Source: Nitrospirales bacterium | Lineage (GTDB): Bacteria; Nitrospirota; Nitrospiria; Nitrospirales; UBA8639 | DNA: 64,000 nt | NCBI GenBank assembly: GCA_965223295.1 | Contig: CBDCWC010000003.1 | Location: 1,152,001-1,216,000 of the forward strand | Direction: 5' to 3' | Shown: one piece after another, positions 60,622-64,000 of the stretch | Position numbering within the stretch: the first letter of the stretch is position 1 | Layout: each line of letters begins with the position of its first letter | Notes under the pieces: model-generated | What the model was told of the DNA's origin: nothing | The model's database searches: none | What the model saw: only the letters and a program-made list of their open reading frames with translations | Translations under genes and position numbers: made by a program

Positions 60622-61273
60622 TCAAGAGCATACAGATAATTTTCTTGATTTTTTTGTAGGAGGCACAAAACAAATTGGTTTTTCTATTAAAGATGACCTT
60701 CTAGAAAAGTTTCACCTGTATTATCAAGAACTGAGATTATGGAATAAGTCGGTAAACATGACTGGTTTGCAAACAGACAAAGAGCAGGCAGTCTTACTCT
60801 TTGCCGATTCGCTGGCTGGATCTTTGGTATTTCCAAAAAATACTTCCCTTTCTATTATAGACATTGGAACGGGTGGAGGTTTCCCAGGGATTCCTCTCAA
60901 ATTAGTCTTTCCGTCTTTGCGCGTTACATTAATGGAGCCGAGAGGAAATAAAACGGCTTTTCTTCACAATGTGATTGGGAAGCTGGCTCTCACAGGTATT
61001 ACCGTTCTTCAAAAAAGACTAGATTTTTGTCAGACTCTTAATAATGAAGAGGGGAAATGGGATATTGCCATCAGTAAAGCCGTGAGTCTTGAGACTATTC
61101 TGCCTAATGTTGAAAATATACTAAAAAAAAATGGGAAATTGATTGTGTTTCGTTCCAAGCATATTAGTAAACAAGAGAATATTAATGGCATGACCATTGA
61201 TCAGGAAATTTCCTATGAATTACCTTATGGGTATGGAACGAGAGTCATTTCTATGTTAAAACTCGTTCCCTAA
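60614..61273 (+). CDS. rsmG: 16S rRNA m7G527 methyltransferase (GidB)
   Basis: WNKSVNMT, DIGTGGGFPGIPLK, KTAFL; upstream of parAB. Confidence 0.92.
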   Translation: MEHQEHTDNFLDFFVGGTKQIGFSIKDDLLEKFHLYYQELRLWNKSVNMTGLQTDKEQAVLLFADSLAGSLVFPKNTSLSIIDIGTGGGFPGIPLKLVFPSLRVTLMEPRGNKTAFLHNVIGKLALTGITVLQKRLDFCQTLNNEEGKWDIAISKAVSLETILPNVENILKKNGKLIVFRSKHISKQENINGMTIDQEISYELPYGYGTRVISMLKLVP

Positions 61274-61289
61274 TTAATGCAGACTTTTT

Positions 61290-61305
61290 TGTTCCACGTG
61301 GAACA
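61290..61305. promoter_or_regulatory. parS centromere-like site
   Basis: Perfect palindrome TGTTCCACGTGGAACA. Confidence 0.92.
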
Positions 61306-61431
61306 TGAAGCGAAGATTTATCAACTGACATATAGAAAATTTAAAAAGTTCGTAATTTGTGAATTTTTACCTTCTTTTTTATCATATGTTTACAAATACA
61401 ATGAATATAACTCATGTTTAAGCAATTCTGA

Positions 61432-62199
61432 ATGCCACGAACTATTGCTATTGCGAATCAGAAAGGCGGGGTTGGGAAAACCACTTCGGCTATTAATATT
61501 AGTGCAGCTTTGGCAACTAGTGGGCAGTCTGTCCTGCTAATTGATCTTGATCCGCAGGCCAATGCCACGAGCGGGGTATCTGTTGAGCCACAAGACTCCA
61601 CGATTTATGAATGTCTTGTGGAGCGAAAGCTCATAAAATCATCAATTTTACCTACGTGTATACACGGAATGTCTATTATTGCTTCCAAGGGCGACCTAGT
61701 AGGTGCAGAAATTGAAATTTCAAACCTGACCGATCGAGAATCGATTTTAAAGACCGTTCTTGAGGAAATTCAGGAGTATGATTTTGTGATTGTTGATTGC
61801 CCGCCAGCTTTTGGATTACTCACGATCAACGCGCTGGTGGCGGCTTCAGCCCTGATTGTTCCCGTGCAATGCGAGTATTATGCGATGGAGGGGCTTGGAC
61901 GGTTAATGGGGAATGTTGAGCGTATTCGGGATTCTTTTAATCCCGATCTAGATCTGCAAGGTATTGTGTTGACGATGTATGATTCCCGCATCAATCTTTC
62001 CAGGCAGGTTGAAAACGAGATTCGCGAGTTTTTCAAAGAAAAAGTCTTTCATGCCGTGATTCCCAGGAACGTGGCCTTAGCGGAGGCCCCCAGCCATGGG
62101 AAGCCGGTCTTGTCGTATAATGCGGCATCCAGTGGTGCCAAAGCCTACCTCGATCTAGCCAAGGAGATTCTCGCAAATGGAAAAGAAAGCATTGGGTAA
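61432..62199 (+). CDS. parA: Chromosome partitioning ATPase (Soj)
   Basis: NQKGGVGKTT, DLDPQANAT, DCPP, PVQCEYYA, EAPSHG. Confidence 0.97.
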   Translation: MPRTIAIANQKGGVGKTTSAINISAALATSGQSVLLIDLDPQANATSGVSVEPQDSTIYECLVERKLIKSSILPTCIHGMSIIASKGDLVGAEIEISNLTDRESILKTVLEEIQEYDFVIVDCPPAFGLLTINALVAASALIVPVQCEYYAMEGLGRLMGNVERIRDSFNPDLDLQGIVLTMYDSRINLSRQVENEIREFFKEKVFHAVIPRNVALAEAPSHGKPVLSYNAASSGAKAYLDLAKEILANGKESIG

Positions 62200-63034
62200 G
62201 GGCCTTCAGGCTCTGCTTCCAGAAAAAAAGACGCTCGTGTGGAAAGTTGAACAGGATGGGCAAACAATCTCCATGCTCCCCCTGGAGCAAGTTATCCCTA
62301 ACCGTTATCAACCACGAACGATCTTTGTTGAAGGCCATTTGACGGAATTGACTCAGTCGATAAAGGAACATGGCGTTTTGCAACCAATAGTCGTCAGGCG
62401 GAAGGGAGATGGGGTGTATGAACTCATCGCAGGAGAACGGCGTCTGCGGGCCGCAACACTTGCCGGGTTGTCGACGATTCCTGCCCTGGTTCGGAATTCA
62501 AACGATGAGAAATCCTTGGCCCTTGCCTTGGTGGAAAATATTCAACGTCAAGACCTCAACCCCATGGAAGAAGCCAAAGCCTATTCTCGCTTGATGGGAG
62601 AATTTGGTATGACTCAGGAACAGGTAGCAAGTTCAGTCGGGAAAGAGCGCTCCTCGATTGCGAATATCCTGCGTCTTCTGATGCTTCCCAAAGAGGTTCA
62701 GGAATTTGTAGAATCTGGTGCTCTGAGTCTGGGGCATGCCAAAGTCTTGGCCGGCGTTTCTTCGGCAAACACCCAGCTCCTTATAGCAAAAAAAATTGTG
62801 AATGGGCATCTGTCCGTGAGACAAACAGAGCAGCTTGTCTCAGGGAAAAAAAGTGTAGGTTCTTCCAAACACGTAATAAATAAACCAAATACATTTCATC
62901 AATTGGAAGATCAGTTACGAAAACATTTTGGTACTAAGGTGCAGGTAAAGGCGGCAGCAAAGGGAGGGCAGCTCGTCATTCACTATTATTCACATGAAGA
63001 GCTGGATCGGGTAACGGCACTCATTTTGGAATAG
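62177..63034 (+). CDS. parB: Chromosome partitioning protein (Spo0J)
   Basis: KALGKGL, QPR, IAGERRLRA, ENIQRQDLNPMEEA. Confidence 0.97.
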   Translation: MEKKALGKGLQALLPEKKTLVWKVEQDGQTISMLPLEQVIPNRYQPRTIFVEGHLTELTQSIKEHGVLQPIVVRRKGDGVYELIAGERRLRAATLAGLSTIPALVRNSNDEKSLALALVENIQRQDLNPMEEAKAYSRLMGEFGMTQEQVASSVGKERSSIANILRLLMLPKEVQEFVESGALSLGHAKVLAGVSSANTQLLIAKKIVNGHLSVRQTEQLVSGKKSVGSSKHVINKPNTFHQLEDQLRKHFGTKVQVKAAAKGGQLVIHYYSHEELDRVTALILE

Positions 63035-63176
63035 AAATTGAAAGAAGGTCCTTTAGGTGAGGTCCTCCTAAGTAATGATCTCGTAGAATTTAAGTATTTA
63101 TATTTACTAATGGTGTTTGAGACTGAACACAATCGTTCTAGTTGAGCATCAAGGCAATCATTGAGGGAGGGTCTCC

Positions 63177-63656
63177 ATGTTTGGAAAAAATACGGTCGAA
63201 TCCACTGAAGATGTTGTGAAAACTCCAGAAATTACAACGCCCACCGTTACACAGACAAATCAAGACGAATCCGGTGATATCATTGCTTTTGTTGGAGAAG
63301 AGGTGACATTTAAAGGAACGATACGGTATCAAGGTACTGTCCGAGTTGATGGAACGTTGGAAGGGGAAATTTATACCGATGGGAATTTGATCATCGGTCA
63401 AAAAGCGGTGATCACGGCGAAAATTGAAGCCGGCACCGTCACGTGTCAAGGGCGAATTACTGGAGAAGTGTTGGCCAAGAATCGCGTGAAACTCTTAAAC
63501 CCGGCAGTAGTTGACGGCGAGATTACCACTCCCCTGTTATCAATGGATGAAGGTGTCATGTTTAATGGATCTTGCAATATGCCTAAAAAAGGCGAGCGAA
63601 AAGGCAAAGAGTCAAAACTCGTCGTGTCGGTTGAAGAAGCCGTTAAAGTGAAATAA
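63177..63656 (+). CDS. Bactofilin (polymer-forming cytoskeletal protein)
   Basis: FVGEEVTFKGTI..VRVDGTLEGEI..LIIG..GVMFNGSC. Confidence 0.9.
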   Translation: MFGKNTVESTEDVVKTPEITTPTVTQTNQDESGDIIAFVGEEVTFKGTIRYQGTVRVDGTLEGEIYTDGNLIIGQKAVITAKIEAGTVTCQGRITGEVLAKNRVKLLNPAVVDGEITTPLLSMDEGVMFNGSCNMPKKGERKGKESKLVVSVEEAVKVK

Positions 63657-63758
63657 GGTCATTTTATGATTCTGAGTAATGTGGGCAATGAATCCCAGTG
63701 GACACGGAGTTCCTGGCTCGCTACCCGAGGGTCTAACGCTGGATGAGAGGAGGGCTGT

Positions 63759-64000
63759 ATGTGGGGTGAAAAGGAAAAGACGAAAAGAGAGCCTGGGTTC
63801 GGGGAAGAATTTTATACCTTTCTTGGAAAAGGGGTAGATTTTAAAGGCAAGGCCCAATTTGAAGGCACCGTTCGAGTTGACGGCAACTTTGAAGGGGAAA
63901 TTTCGATTGATGATACGTTGATTATCGGTGAAACGGCCTTTATTAAAGGGACGATCACGGGTGGTACGATCGTATGTAGTGGGCGGATTGAGGGCGTCAT
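63759..64000 (+). CDS. Second bactofilin (3'-truncated by window edge; absent from ORF track)
   Basis: Hand translation MWGEKEKTKREPGFGEEFYTFLGKGVDFKGKAQFEGTVRVDGNFEGEI; GGAGG RBS. Confidence 0.85.
   Translation, partial: MWGEKEKTKREPGFGEEFYTFLGKGVDFKGKAQFEGTVRVDGNFEGEISIDDTLIIGETAFIKGTITGGTIVCSGRIEGV

Overview
A bacterial chromosomal origin region. The gene content and a dispersed ~120-bp palindromic element suggest Nitrospirota (inference, no search run). The housekeeping backbone is larC-pdxA-rsmB-rpe-pheS-pheT, tRNA-Val-thrS-infC-rpmI-rplT, rfaE2-mfd-surA, smpB-engB, dciA, hisS-oriC-dnaA-dnaN-gyrB-gyrA and rpmH-rnpA-yidD-yidC-mnmE-mnmG-rsmG-parA-parB-two bactofilins, with two parS sites. 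Four accessory inserts interrupt it. (1) 13.2-24.2 kb: a HUH/Y1 (RAYT-like) transposase, a TPR+beta-barrel outer-membrane protein, a FecR-domain protein and a large FG-GAP/8xPASTA/CSLREA exported protein. The insert is bracketed by a short AAAGGT-TCCTGAC-ACCTTT hairpin motif that also flanks the transposase and recurs in insert 4. (2) 30.4-34.0 kb: vapBC, a DUF808 gene and an SGNH hydrolase, separated by three related sequences resembling IS91/ISCR oriIS ends. (3) and (4) lie on either side of mnmG: a metzincin protease and an alpha/beta-hydrolase sharing an unnamed ~98-aa Trp-rich repeat module, plus frameshifted genes and a decayed higBA. Other oddities are an archaeal/spirochete-type PheRS lying tail-to-tail with rplT and several apparently leaderless genes. 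No CRISPR array or rRNA was seen. All calls come from reading the sequence and recalled family motifs; nothing was computed.
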